Positions 49,927 through 60,188 of a stretch of DNA of 64,000 nt are shown in pieces; within the stretch, counting starts at the first letter, position 1, and every line of letters starts with the position of its first letter. A program made the position numbers and the translations under genes. The notes below the pieces were generated by a model. It saw nothing but the letters and a program-made list of their open reading frames with translations, was not told the origin of the DNA and ran no database searches. Origin of the DNA: Longimicrobiales bacterium (GTDB taxonomy: Bacteria > Gemmatimonadota > Gemmatimonadetes > Longimicrobiales > Gaopeijiaceae); the NCBI GenBank assembly GCA_963664435.2, contig CAXXKM010000003.1, forward strand, positions 480,001 to 544,000, given 5' to 3'.

Positions 49927-51101
49927 CCGGCGACCTGCTCCGCCTGGCGGCGCGGATGGAGCGCGAGCGGCGGCCGTTCGCGCTGGCCACAGTCGTGCGG
50001 AGCGAGCGCCCCACCTCCGGCAAGCCGGGCAATTCGGCGCTGATCGATCCCGACGGAACCATGCACGGATGGATCGGCGGGAGCTGCACCCGGTCCGAGG
50101 TGATCCGCCATGCGCTGGAGGCGCTCCGCCTGGGAGAACCCCGGCTGCTGGCTTTCGGGGCGGACGAGGAGCGCCCCGCCGACCTGGTCAAGGTATCCAT
50201 GTCCTGCGCGAGCGGAGGAAAGGTGGAAGTGCACATCAACCCCGTGTTGCCGGCACCCGTCCTGGTGGTGGTGGGCGACTCTCCCGTGGCGCTCGCCCTC
50301 CTTGGGCTGGGGCGCGCGATGGGGTACCGCACGGTAGCGGCCGCGTCCTCCGGCGAGGAGGTGGCCGGCCTCGCCGACGAGTGCGCGGAGGACCTCGCCG
50401 CCCGGGTGGGGCTGCTCGCGTCCCGCCCTCCCGGAACCCGGCTGTTCGCGGTCGTGGCCACCATGGGGCGGGAGGATGAGCGGACGCTCGCCCTGCTGGC
50501 GGGCGCCCGGCCCGATTACCTGGGGGTGGTGGCGTCCCCGAGGCGGATGCGGAGCGTGCGCGCGGTGCTCTCGGGTCTCGGGATCGCCGACGACGCGATC
50601 GGTCGCATCCGCGGGCCCGCCGGCCTCGACCTCGGCGCCGAGCAACCGGAGGAGATCGCCGTGAGCATCCTGGCCGAGATCGTCGGCGAGACCCGGCGGG
50701 CGGGTGGGGGTGGGACAGCCGCCGGGGAGGCCGGGGGCGGCGAGCGGGCGGGAGGCGGGCGCGCGGCGGCCGCGCCGGGTCGCGCACCGGAAAACGTTGC
50801 GCGTGGGGGCGCGGTGGGCGGCGACGTGGGCACGGCCGGGACGGGTGTTTCCGGCCGCGCACCAAGAAACGTTGCGCGCACGGACGCGGCGGGCCGTGGT
50901 GGCGCGCCCGGCGGCGGCGACGCTACCTCCGCGGCCGCCTGGGCTACCGACCCCGTGTGCGGGATGACGGTGCCGGTGGCGGGGTCCCCTTCGGCGGTCC
51001 ACGCCGGCCGGACCCTCCACTTCTGCTGCGAGGGCTGCCGCGGCCTCTTCGAGTCGACCCCGGAGGTCTTCGCCTCCAACCCCGCGACGGGTCCGGCGTG
51101 A
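49923..51101 (+). CDS. XdhC/CoxF-family Moco chaperone with C-terminal YHS domain
   Basis: ATVV, G.IGGSC, CASGG, YLGVVAS, PAGLDLGA..PEEIAVSILAE; low-complexity linker; DPVCGM...HFCCEGC. Confidence 0.88.
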   Translation: MTGDLLRLAARMERERRPFALATVVRSERPTSGKPGNSALIDPDGTMHGWIGGSCTRSEVIRHALEALRLGEPRLLAFGADEERPADLVKVSMSCASGGKVEVHINPVLPAPVLVVVGDSPVALALLGLGRAMGYRTVAAASSGEEVAGLADECAEDLAARVGLLASRPPGTRLFAVVATMGREDERTLALLAGARPDYLGVVASPRRMRSVRAVLSGLGIADDAIGRIRGPAGLDLGAEQPEEIAVSILAEIVGETRRAGGGGTAAGEAGGGERAGGGRAAAAPGRAPENVARGGAVGGDVGTAGTGVSGRAPRNVARTDAAGRGGAPGGGDATSAAAWATDPVCGMTVPVAGSPSAVHAGRTLHFCCEGCRGLFESTPEVFASNPATGPA

Positions 51102-52111
51102 GACCCGAGATCCGGGCGCTGCAGGAGGCGATGCGCCGGGCGGACTACATCGCCGAACCGTCCATCGTCACCGCCGTCCACCTGGCGCGCGCGATGGAAA
51201 AGCCGCTCCTGGTCGAAGGGGACGCGGGGGTCGGCAAGACCGAGATCGCCAAAGTGATGGCCGCGCTCATGCAGACGGAGCTCATCCGGCTCCAGTGTTA
51301 CGAGGGCCTCGACGTCAACACCGCCCTCTACGAGTGGAACTACCAGAAGCAGCTGCTCCGCCTGCGCATCGGAACCGATGAAGCCGCCGGCGACCGCGGC
51401 GGCCGCGGGTCGACCCGCGGCGGGGGCGCGGGAGCGCGCGATGGCGGCCGCGACCCGGGCGCAGCAGGCGTCGCCGCACGCGATGGCGCCGGCGACCCGG
51501 GCGCAACGAACCCCGACGCCCGCGCCGACCACCTCGAAGGCGTCATCTTCGGGCGCCGCTACCTGCTCGAGCGGCCGCTGTTGCGCGCCATCACCCGCGA
51601 GAAGCCTCCCGTGCTGCTCATCGACGAGATCGACCGGGCCGACGAGGGGTTCGAGGCGTTCCTGCTCGAGGTGCTCTCCGACTTCCAGGTGACCATCCCC
51701 GAGCTGGGCACCATCCGCGCGACCCACCGGCCGCTCGTCGTCCTCACCTCCAACCGGAGCCGCGAGATCGGCGACGCCCTCCGGCGGCGCTGCCTCTACC
51801 TCTACATCGAGCACCCGACATTCGCCAAGGAGGTGGAGATCATTCGCGCCAAGGTACGCGGGATATCGGACGCGCTCGCCGCCCAGATCACGCATGTCGT
51901 GCAGGGCCTGCGCGCGCGCCGTCTCATGAAGCCGCCCGGCGTGGCCGAGACGCTCGACTGGGCCCGGGCCCTGGTCACGCTGCACCAGGACCACCTCGAC
52001 GCGGACGTCGTCGCCGAGACACTGGGCTGCCTCGTCAAGGATCAGCACGACATCAGCCTCGTGCACGCGGAGGACATCGAAACGCTGCTCGCGGGCGCGA
52101 GGGCCGGTTGA
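51098..52111 (+). CDS. coxD: CoxD-like MoxR AAA+ ATPase
   Basis: GDAGVGKT, RLQCYEGLD, YEWNY.KQLL, LLIDEIDR, DALRRRC, KPPG.AETLDW. Confidence 0.9.
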   Translation: MRPEIRALQEAMRRADYIAEPSIVTAVHLARAMEKPLLVEGDAGVGKTEIAKVMAALMQTELIRLQCYEGLDVNTALYEWNYQKQLLRLRIGTDEAAGDRGGRGSTRGGGAGARDGGRDPGAAGVAARDGAGDPGATNPDARADHLEGVIFGRRYLLERPLLRAITREKPPVLLIDEIDRADEGFEAFLLEVLSDFQVTIPELGTIRATHRPLVVLTSNRSREIGDALRRRCLYLYIEHPTFAKEVEIIRAKVRGISDALAAQITHVVQGLRARRLMKPPGVAETLDWARALVTLHQDHLDADVVAETLGCLVKDQHDISLVHAEDIETLLAGARAG

Positions 52112-52148
52112 TGCGCGCGACCGCGCTGGCTTCCCAGGGGCTGCGCTG

Positions 52149-53318
52149 ATGCCTGCCGCGGCCCCGGCTCCGGAGCGAGAACTCATCGCTCACCTGGCCC
52201 GCTTTTCCGGCGAACTCCGCCACGTCGGCGTGCCCGTCGGCCTGCGCGACGAGATCGACGGCGCCGCCGCCCTCCGCTTCATCGACATCGGCGACCCGGA
52301 GGAGGTGCGGCTGGCGCTCCGCAGCGCGCTCAAGATCCCGCGCCGCTGGTGGGCCGAGTTCGACCGCCTCTTCGAGGAGAGCTGGCGCCGCGCCGCCCTC
52401 CCCCGCCACGCCCGCGACCGCAACGTCCCGCGCGCGCCGCGCCGCTGGCGTGGCGACGAGAACGCCGAGGTGCCGCTCGCGCGCATCCGCCGCGAACTGG
52501 ACGAACGGACCGGCAGCGGCGAGGCCGATGCGCCCGACGGCGACGGCGACCTCCCCGGCTACAGCCCGCGCGCGCTCCTGCGCCGGAAGGTCTTCGACGA
52601 GTGCACCCCGGACGACCTCCGCGACATGGAGCGCCTGCTGGAACGGCTCGCGCGCCGCATCGCCACCCGGCCCAGCCGCCGCTTGGTGCCGTCCGGGCGC
52701 GGGCCGGTGGTGGACGTGCGCCGGAGCTTCCGCCGCTCCCTGGCCCACGGCGGCGAACTGGTCGAGCTGGCGCGGCGCGCGCGGGCCGTCGAGCTCCCCA
52801 GCCTGGTCGTCCTCTGCGACACCAGCGGGTCCATGGACGCCTGCTCGCGCTTCCTGCTCGCCTTCGTCTTCGCGCTGCGCAAGGTCACGCGCCGCACCGA
52901 GATCTTCGCCTTCAACACCTCGCTCACGCGCCTCACCCCGTGGCTCAGAACCGGCGACGTGGCCGGCACCCTGGAGCGGCTCGCGCGCAACGTGGAGGAC
53001 TGGTCCGGCGGGACCCGCATCGGCGAGTGCCTGCTCGCGTTCGTCGACCACCACTTGCGCCATACCGTGCGAGGCGATACGACGGTGTTGATCCTGAGCG
53101 ACGGGCTCGACCGCGGCGACACCGGGTCGCTGGAGACGGCGCTGCTGGCCATCCGCAGGCGCGCCCGCCGGATCATCTGGCTGAACCCGCTCATGGGCGA
53201 CCCGCGCTATCGTCCGGAGGCCAGGGGCATGCAGGCGGCGCTGCCGCACGTGGACCGGCTGGTGCCCGCCCACAACCTCGAGGCGCTGGAGGCGCTGCTG
53301 CCGATGATCGAGCGTTAG
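52149..53318 (+). CDS. coxE: CoxE-like VWA domain protein
   Basis: D.RR..R, DTSGSM (MIDAS), WSGGTRIG, ILSDG, WLNP. Confidence 0.9.
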   Translation: MPAAAPAPERELIAHLARFSGELRHVGVPVGLRDEIDGAAALRFIDIGDPEEVRLALRSALKIPRRWWAEFDRLFEESWRRAALPRHARDRNVPRAPRRWRGDENAEVPLARIRRELDERTGSGEADAPDGDGDLPGYSPRALLRRKVFDECTPDDLRDMERLLERLARRIATRPSRRLVPSGRGPVVDVRRSFRRSLAHGGELVELARRARAVELPSLVVLCDTSGSMDACSRFLLAFVFALRKVTRRTEIFAFNTSLTRLTPWLRTGDVAGTLERLARNVEDWSGGTRIGECLLAFVDHHLRHTVRGDTTVLILSDGLDRGDTGSLETALLAIRRRARRIIWLNPLMGDPRYRPEARGMQAALPHVDRLVPAHNLEALEALLPMIER

Positions 53319-53454
53319 ACGATGCGCGACGATCCCGGAATCGCCAGACTAGGAAACGCGCGACGGGGCCGGACCGACGCCCGGTTCCCTTCCCCCTCAT
53401 CCTCATCTGAAATAACCGGCAACGCTCGTGATCTCCGCTCACCCGCGCGGGGGC

Positions 53455-53480
53455 TGACACGTTTCAGCTGAAACGTTGCA
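53455..53480. promoter_or_regulatory. Tandem palindromic operator upstream of coxG-coxMSL
   Basis: TGACACGTTTCA-GC-TGAAACGTTGCA; perfect 18-bp core palindrome ACGTTTCAGCTGAAACGT, about 25 bp before the coxG ATG. Confidence 0.6.
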
Positions 53481-53504
53481 CAGGAAAACCGGAGAAACAT
53501 CCGC

Positions 53505-53966
53505 ATGAAGATCCAGGACGGATTCACCATCGACGCGCCCGCGGCAGACGTGTGGGCGCTGCTCTCCGACCCCGCCCGGGTCGCGACCCTGCTCCCCGGC
53601 GCGAAGATGGGAGACAGGATCGAAGACAACACCTACTCGGGCGGGATGTTCGTAAAGGTCGGACCCCTCGCGGTGGCATACGACGGGACCGTATCCTTCC
53701 AGCTGGACGAGGCCGAGCGGTCCGTGGAGGTGCGCGCCCGGGGACGGGGCAAGAGGGGCATGGGCACCGCCGACATGACCATGACCAGCCAGGTGGTCGC
53801 ACACGGCGACACCCGCACGGAGGTGACGATCGATTCCGATGTGGTCGTGACCGGAATTCTTGCCCAGATGGGACGCGGCATGATCCAGGTCGTGTCGAAG
53901 AAGATGCTACAGGAGTTTGTGGGAAACCTCACCACAGCACTTGCCCAGCCGGCAGAGGAGGGCTGA
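53505..53966 (+). CDS. coxG: CoxG-like SRPBCC protein
   Basis: F.I.AP...VW..L.DP.....LPGA, VKVGP, G.LAQ.GRG. Confidence 0.85.
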   Translation: MKIQDGFTIDAPAADVWALLSDPARVATLLPGAKMGDRIEDNTYSGGMFVKVGPLAVAYDGTVSFQLDEAERSVEVRARGRGKRGMGTADMTMTSQVVAHGDTRTEVTIDSDVVVTGILAQMGRGMIQVVSKKMLQEFVGNLTTALAQPAEEG

Positions 53967-53969
53967 GAC

Positions 53970-54836
53970 ATGATTCCCCCGCAGTTCGACTATCACGCCC
54001 CCGGCACGCTGGACGAGGCGCTGGGGCTGCTCGGCTCCCTCGACGACCCGAAGGTGATGTCGGGCGGCCAGAGCCTGCTGCCGATGCTGAAGCTGCGCCT
54101 GGCATCGCCGGCGAACATCGTGGACATCGGCCGCATCCCGGGCCTCGACACGCTCGCGGAAGAGGACGGCTTCCTGCGCATCGGCGCGCTGGTCACCGAG
54201 ACCGACCTGGAGCAATCGGAGGTAGTGGCGGAGCGCTATCCCATCCTGCTCGACACCGCGAAGGTGATCGCCGACCCGCTCGTGCGGAACCGCGCCACCA
54301 TCTGCGGCAACGTCGCACACGGCGACCCGGCCAACGACCATCCCGCGACCATGCTGGCGCTCGGCGCCCAGGTGGTGGCCACGGGACCGGACGGCGCGCG
54401 CACCATCGACGTCGGCGAGTTCTTCTTCGGGCTCTTCATGACGGCGCTCGCAGAGGATGAGATCCTGACCGAAATCCGCATCCCGGCGCCCGCGGCCCGC
54501 AGCGGCGGCGCCTACGTCAAGCTCGAACGCAAGGTGGGCGACTACGCGGTCGCCGGCTCGGCGGTGCAGCTCGCGCTGGCCGGGGACGGAACCGTGGCGA
54601 GCGCCGGCATCGGGCTCACCAACCTGGGCATCGCCCCCATCCGCGCGACCGCCGCGGAGGACGCGCTCACGGGCCAGGCCCCCGGCGACGACACGATCGC
54701 CGCCGCCGCCCAGGCCGCCGCCGACGCCACCGAGCCCATCGCCGACCGGCGCGGCTCCGTCGAATACAAGAAGAACATGGCCCGCGTGCTCACCGCCCGT
54801 GCCATCCGCAAGGCGCTCGCGCGCGCAGGAGGATAA
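53970..54836 (+). CDS. coxM: CO dehydrogenase medium (FAD) subunit
   Basis: [44 protein letters not shown]. Confidence 0.92.
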   Translation: MIPPQFDYHAPGTLDEALGLLGSLDDPKVMSGGQSLLPMLKLRLASPANIVDIGRIPGLDTLAEEDGFLRIGALVTETDLEQSEVVAERYPILLDTAKVIADPLVRNRATICGNVAHGDPANDHPATMLALGAQVVATGPDGARTIDVGEFFFGLFMTALAEDEILTEIRIPAPAARSGGAYVKLERKVGDYAVAGSAVQLALAGDGTVASAGIGLTNLGIAPIRATAAEDALTGQAPGDDTIAAAAQAAADATEPIADRRGSVEYKKNMARVLTARAIRKALARAGG

Positions 54837-54840
54837 AGCG

Positions 54841-55319
<479 letters not shown>

Positions 55320-55320
<1 letters not shown>

Positions 55321-57686
55321 TGGCACCGAAGACTTCCGCAAAGATCTGCGGCATGGGCCACTCCATGAAGCGCAAGGAGGACCCGCGCTTCCTGCAGGGC
55401 AAGGGCAACTACATCGACGACTTCACGCTCCCGGGGATGCTGTGGCTGGACATCGTCCGGAGCCCCATCGCCTACGGCAAGATCAAGAACATCGACTCCT
55501 CGAAGGCGCTCGAGATCCCCGGCGTGCTCGCCGTGCTCACGGGCAAGGACCTGGAGGCGTACAACCTGCACTGGATGCCGACGCTGATGTCGGACACCCA
55601 GATGGTGCTCCCCACGGACACCGTCATGTACCAGGCGCAGGAGGTGGCCGGCGTAATCGCGACCTCGCGCTATGCGGCCGCCGACGGCGTGGCCGCGGTC
55701 GAGGTCGATTACGAGCCCATGAAGCCGGTGATGGACCCGTTCAAGGCGCTCGAGGACGACGCGCCGGTGCTCCGCACCGACAAGGAGGGCAAGACCGACA
55801 ACCACATCTGGCACTGGGAGGCGGGCGACAAGGAGGCCACGGACCGGATCTTCGATGAAGCCGACGTGGTGGTGCGCGAGAAGATGCACGTGCCGCGCAT
55901 CCACGTGGCCTCGATCGAGACCTGCGGCTGCCTCGCCGACTTCAACCCCGTCGAGGGGCACCTGACGGTCTACATGACCACCCAGGCGCCGCACGCCATC
56001 CGCACCGTGCTCGCGCTGGTGGCGGGCCACGTCGGGCTCTCCGAGGAGAAGATCCGCGTGGTGAGCCCCGACATCGGGGGCGGCTTCGGCGGCAAGGTGC
56101 CGGTGTACCCCGGCTACGTGATCGCCATCGCCGCATCGGTGGTGCTGGGCACGCCGGTGAAGTGGATCGAGGACCGGATGGAGAACCTCCAGGCCGACTC
56201 CTTCGCGCGCGACTATCACATGGACGCCGAGTTGGCGGCGGACGCCAGCGGCAAGATCAAGGCGCTCCGCATCAAGACGATCGCGGACCACGGGTACTCC
56301 GATGCCCAGGCGGCGCCGAGCAAGTGGCCGGCGGGCCTCTTCTCGATCTGCACCGGCTCGTACGACCTGGAGCAGGCGTACGCCGAGGTCGACGCGGTCT
56401 ACACCAACAAGCCCCCGGGAGGCGTCGCGTACCGCTGCTCGTTCCGCGTGACCGAGGCCGTGCACTGCATGGAGCGGGTCGTCGACACGCTGGCGCACAA
56501 GATCGGCAAGGATCCGGCGCAGCTGCGCGAGGAGAACTTCATCCCCAAGGAAGCCTTCCCCTACCACTCGCCGCTGGGCTGGGAGTACGACAGCGGCGAC
56601 TACCAGGCCGCGATGGACAAGGCCAGGGACATGATCGGCTACGACGAGCTGCGCGCCGAGCAGGCCGAAAAGCGCGCGCGCGGCGAGCTGATGGGCATCG
56701 GCGTGTGCAGCTTCACCGAGGTGCTGGGCGCCGGCCCGTCGAAGGACTTCGACATCCTGGGCATCAAGATGTTCGATTCGGCCGAGGTGCGCGTGCACCC
56801 GACCGGCAAGGCCATCGCCCGCTTCGGCACCAAGTCGCAGGGCCAAGGCCACGAGACCACCTACGCGCAGATCATCGCCGAGGAGCTGGGCCTTCCGGCC
56901 GCGCACGTGCAGGTGGAGGAGGGCGATACCGACACCGCCCCCTACGGGCTCGGGACGTACGCCAGCCGCTCGACCCCGACCGCGGGCGCCGCGGGCGCGA
57001 TGGCCGCGCGCGCGATCCGCGACAAGGCCACCAAGATCGCCGCGCACCTGCTCGAGGTGAGCGAGGAGGACCTGGACTGGGAGCCCGGCACCTTCTCGGT
57101 GAAGGGCGCGCCCGACAAGTCGGTGTCCATCCAGGACTGCGCCTTCGCCGCCTACACCAACCTGCCCCCGGGGCTGGAGCCCGGCATGGAGGCGACGAAT
57201 TACTATGACCCGCCCAACCTGACGTTCCCGTTCGGGACGTATATCTGCGTGGTGGATATCGACCGGGGGACGGGCGAGGTGAGCGTGCGGCGGTTCGTGG
57301 CGGTGGACGACTGTGGGAACATCATCAACCCGATGATCGTGCAGGGGCAGATCCATGGTGGACTGACCCAGGGCATCGGACCGGCGCTGTACGAGGAGAT
57401 GACGTACGACGAGGACGGGAACAACCAGGCCGGGTCGTTCATGGACTACCTGGTGCCCACCGCGGTGGAGACGCCTGCGTGGGAGACGGGGCATACGGTG
57501 ACGCCGTCGCCGCATCATCCGCTGGGGGCGAAGGGGGTGGGGGAGTCGGCTACGGTGGGGGCTCCGCCGGCGATCGCGAACGCGGTGGTGGATGCGCTGG
57601 CGCACCTGGGGGTGACGCACGTGGAGATTCCGATTCGGCCGGATCGGGTTTGGGAGATACTGAGGGAGAAGGGGGTGGCGGAGTGA
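55320..57686 (+). CDS. coxL: Form I aerobic CO dehydrogenase large (Mo-Cu) subunit
   Basis: Active-site motif AYRCSFR (56427-56447); RKEDPRF, IGGGFGGK, GQGHETT, KGVGE; coxMSL order. Confidence 0.96.
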
Positions 57687-58062
57687 GGGGGGGAACCGCA
57701 AACGGCATCGCGCTAATCGCGAGCACTGGATCCAGTTCACACGCAAGAAGCGATGACCAACAGAGACTGCTGGATGAGGGCCCTCTCTTTTCGAGGGTCT
57801 CCATCGACTCCCCTGTGCCATTCACGAGGCTTTCGACCTCAGCCTTAGCGCTAGCCAGATCGACGCGTTGGTGCACGATGTCAAGATCAGACTCACATGC
57901 TCTTCCCGGACGTCCGGTCAGGTCAACGGTGGCCAACGGATTACCGACCGCCCGCCCGTTCAGCCGCACGACGGTCATGACCCCGAGAGACTGCCTCTCC
58001 GGTCGAAACTCCGATACGTTTGGCAACGCACCAATGTTCGTTCACACAAGGTTCCCCAATCC

Positions 58063-59433
58063 ATGAAGATAACGGACCTCCACATCGAGAATTTTCGGTG
58101 CTTTAGGGAAGCGCATCTCCGAATCGCGCCAATAACCCTTGTGACCGGTCCCAACAGTGCCGGGAAGAGTTCCCTCTTCGCCCCTGTCCTCGCCGCTGCT
58201 CAAACAGACGGCATGCCCGTGATGCTGTCTCCGAACGGCCGGTACATCGACATGGGCGACTACTCCGCAATGGTCCATCGACACCAGCTCGATTCTGTCT
58301 TGAGCATCACTTTCGACCTTGAGTCGGAACCCGGTGGACCAACCAGAATCGCCAGCAGGTTTTCATATGACGCGGCCTCCCGAACTCCTCGTTTGCTGAC
58401 TCTCTCGTATACAAGCAGTTACTACGACTTGTCTGTTCGTCGTAACGGTGACAGCTATGATTTGTCCTATAACATTGCACCCAGCAAGTCGCACGCCCTC
58501 AGAAAGATGCTCGAAGACCCGGCCATGGGTGACTTTTACGATGCGCTAAACACGCTGCTTACATCGGTAAACACAGCCGAAGGCAAGGTCGCTTTCCCTC
58601 GACCAGCTCGCTTGCTAGAGGCAATCAAGAACGATGAGTCTTTGAGCGGCTGCCTTTCGTTCGCCCAACCTCGCGATTTCTTCCAGATCCTTCGCCGTGA
58701 CGACAATTTGGGGTTTCGTGTTGCTTGGGAACTGAACCGAGCCATCGAAACATTTCAACACAAGTTTGCCCACTTGAGTTCCTTTCGACTCGGCCCCGAG
58801 CGAACCTACTATGAAGTCTCCCGAGCCGACCTTCGTGTGGGAAGATATGGCGAGAACTACGTCGAGCAGTTGTCGCAATGGGAGTCGACTAGTTCTCCCG
58901 AGATCGATCAGCTCCGTACGGATCTGGCGGAACTGCGTATCCTATCGGACCTTGAGATTCGTCGCTTGGACGGTGGTCGACTTGAACTGGTGGGTCGGCC
59001 CAAGGAAACGTCTTCTCGCACGAATCTTGCTGACCTCGGATTCGGCACTAGCCAAGTTCTTCCGGTATTGGTGGCCATCAATCAGCTTCCAAACGGCAGC
59101 CTGTTTACGGTCTCTCAACCGGAAACGCATCTTCATCCTGAAGTTCAAGCGCAACTCGCGGACTATTTTGTGCGTCTGACGAAGGAGCGCGGGATCCGCT
59201 TCATTGTGGAAACGCATAGCGAATATTTGATTAACCGGATGCGTCTTCTCGTCGCGGCAGGCACGGTGGCTGAAGAGGATGTGTCTATGGCATACGTGAT
59301 CAATGACGGCGACAAAGCCGAAGTCCGTTCCATTGAACTTCGAGCCGATGGCCAACTCGCGGGAGCTCCGGCCGAGTTCTTCGACACGTACATGATGGAT
59401 GTCATGAAATTGGCGTTGGGGAGCGACAATTGA
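58063..59433 (+). CDS. ABC/AAA_21-type ATPase (DUF3696-like C-terminus)
   Basis: IENFRCF, Walker A GPNSAGKSS, signature GFGTSQVLP, atypical Walker B TVSQPETHLHP, H-loop VETHS, C-terminal DG..AP.EFFD; lower GC than core genes. Confidence 0.85.
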   Translation: MKITDLHIENFRCFREAHLRIAPITLVTGPNSAGKSSLFAPVLAAAQTDGMPVMLSPNGRYIDMGDYSAMVHRHQLDSVLSITFDLESEPGGPTRIASRFSYDAASRTPRLLTLSYTSSYYDLSVRRNGDSYDLSYNIAPSKSHALRKMLEDPAMGDFYDALNTLLTSVNTAEGKVAFPRPARLLEAIKNDESLSGCLSFAQPRDFFQILRRDDNLGFRVAWELNRAIETFQHKFAHLSSFRLGPERTYYEVSRADLRVGRYGENYVEQLSQWESTSSPEIDQLRTDLAELRILSDLEIRRLDGGRLELVGRPKETSSRTNLADLGFGTSQVLPVLVAINQLPNGSLFTVSQPETHLHPEVQAQLADYFVRLTKERGIRFIVETHSEYLINRMRLLVAAGTVAEEDVSMAYVINDGDKAEVRSIELRADGQLAGAPAEFFDTYMMDVMKLALGSDN

Positions 59434-59436
59434 CCG

Positions 59437-59901
59437 ATGATTCCGGATCTCTTTGTAGACGCTGACCGCAGCAAACACTTTTGTCGGCCTATAGACCCGG
59501 CCTACAGAAAGCTAATCGCGTGGCTGCGGTCCGATGGCTACTTGGTGGTTTGTTCGTCGCTTATCAATGAATACTACAGGGCGGAACAGGCAACGACCGC
59601 ACCTACTGCTCTTCTCATGTTAGTGAGTCATCTGCAGCGCCACGGTCGCTTGAAACAGTTTAGTAAAACAACCCTCGAAGCTTTCCGCATAGGGAAGCAC
59701 ATCGCCAGAAGATTGCTCTCCAATCCGAAAGATCGCGATCATCTGAAAATCGTGTTGCTAAGCGACCGAAAGCTCGGAATCTCGGGTGATGGTAAGTTCC
59801 GTCACGATGTCAACAATTATCCAGGTCATCTTGCGATTGTCCACCCGCACCCATCGCAGGTACCGTATTCCTCGCCGGATGACACGGACCCGAGGGTGTA
59901 G
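59437..59901 (+). CDS. Small PIN-domain-like protein
   Basis: Acidic residues in PIN-like spacing: LFVD (beta1), LINEY, NPKDRDHL, GISGD; 3 bp downstream of the ATPase stop. Confidence 0.6.
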   Translation: MIPDLFVDADRSKHFCRPIDPAYRKLIAWLRSDGYLVVCSSLINEYYRAEQATTAPTALLMLVSHLQRHGRLKQFSKTTLEAFRIGKHIARRLLSNPKDRDHLKIVLLSDRKLGISGDGKFRHDVNNYPGHLAIVHPHPSQVPYSSPDDTDPRV

Positions 59902-59926
59902 CCCAAGTTAGGCTGCGGCATCGACG

Positions 59927-60182
59927 TGTTACCGGTCCGGGTTCTCTGGACAGGTGGACGGCCAAAACATCAGGCCGCCTTTCGGCTGAGCTCTTCGCGG
60001 GCGCGGGCCGGGGTCATGTACCCGTGCCGCTGGAGGAGCCAGCCGTTGGCGTAGCGCTCGACGAAGGCCCCGATCACCGCTCGGGCCTCCTCGAGGGTTT
60101 CGAAGTGGTGCAGATGGATGCACTCCTCCTTGAGAGTGCGGATGAAGCGCTCCGCGACGCCGTTGCACTCCGGTTCACCCAC
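59927..60182 (-). mobile_element. Truncated IS3-like transposase 3' end with probable terminal IR
   Basis: PECNGVAERFIRTLKEEC..HF.TLEEAR..I..FV..Y...WL..RHGY.TP integrase-core tail, followed by ...GTCCAGAGAACCCGGACCGGTAACA. Confidence 0.75.
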
Positions 60183-60188
60183 TTAGGC

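Noticed and set aside
57550..58026. 158-aa minus-strand ORF between coxL and the ATPase
   Set aside because: It overlaps the coxL 3' end antisense, has no recognisable motif, and its Pro-rich tail simply mirrors the G-rich coxL codons.
57868..58062. N-terminal extension of the ATPase in the ORF track
   Set aside because: The family-typical start MKITDLHIENFRCF begins at ATG 58063.
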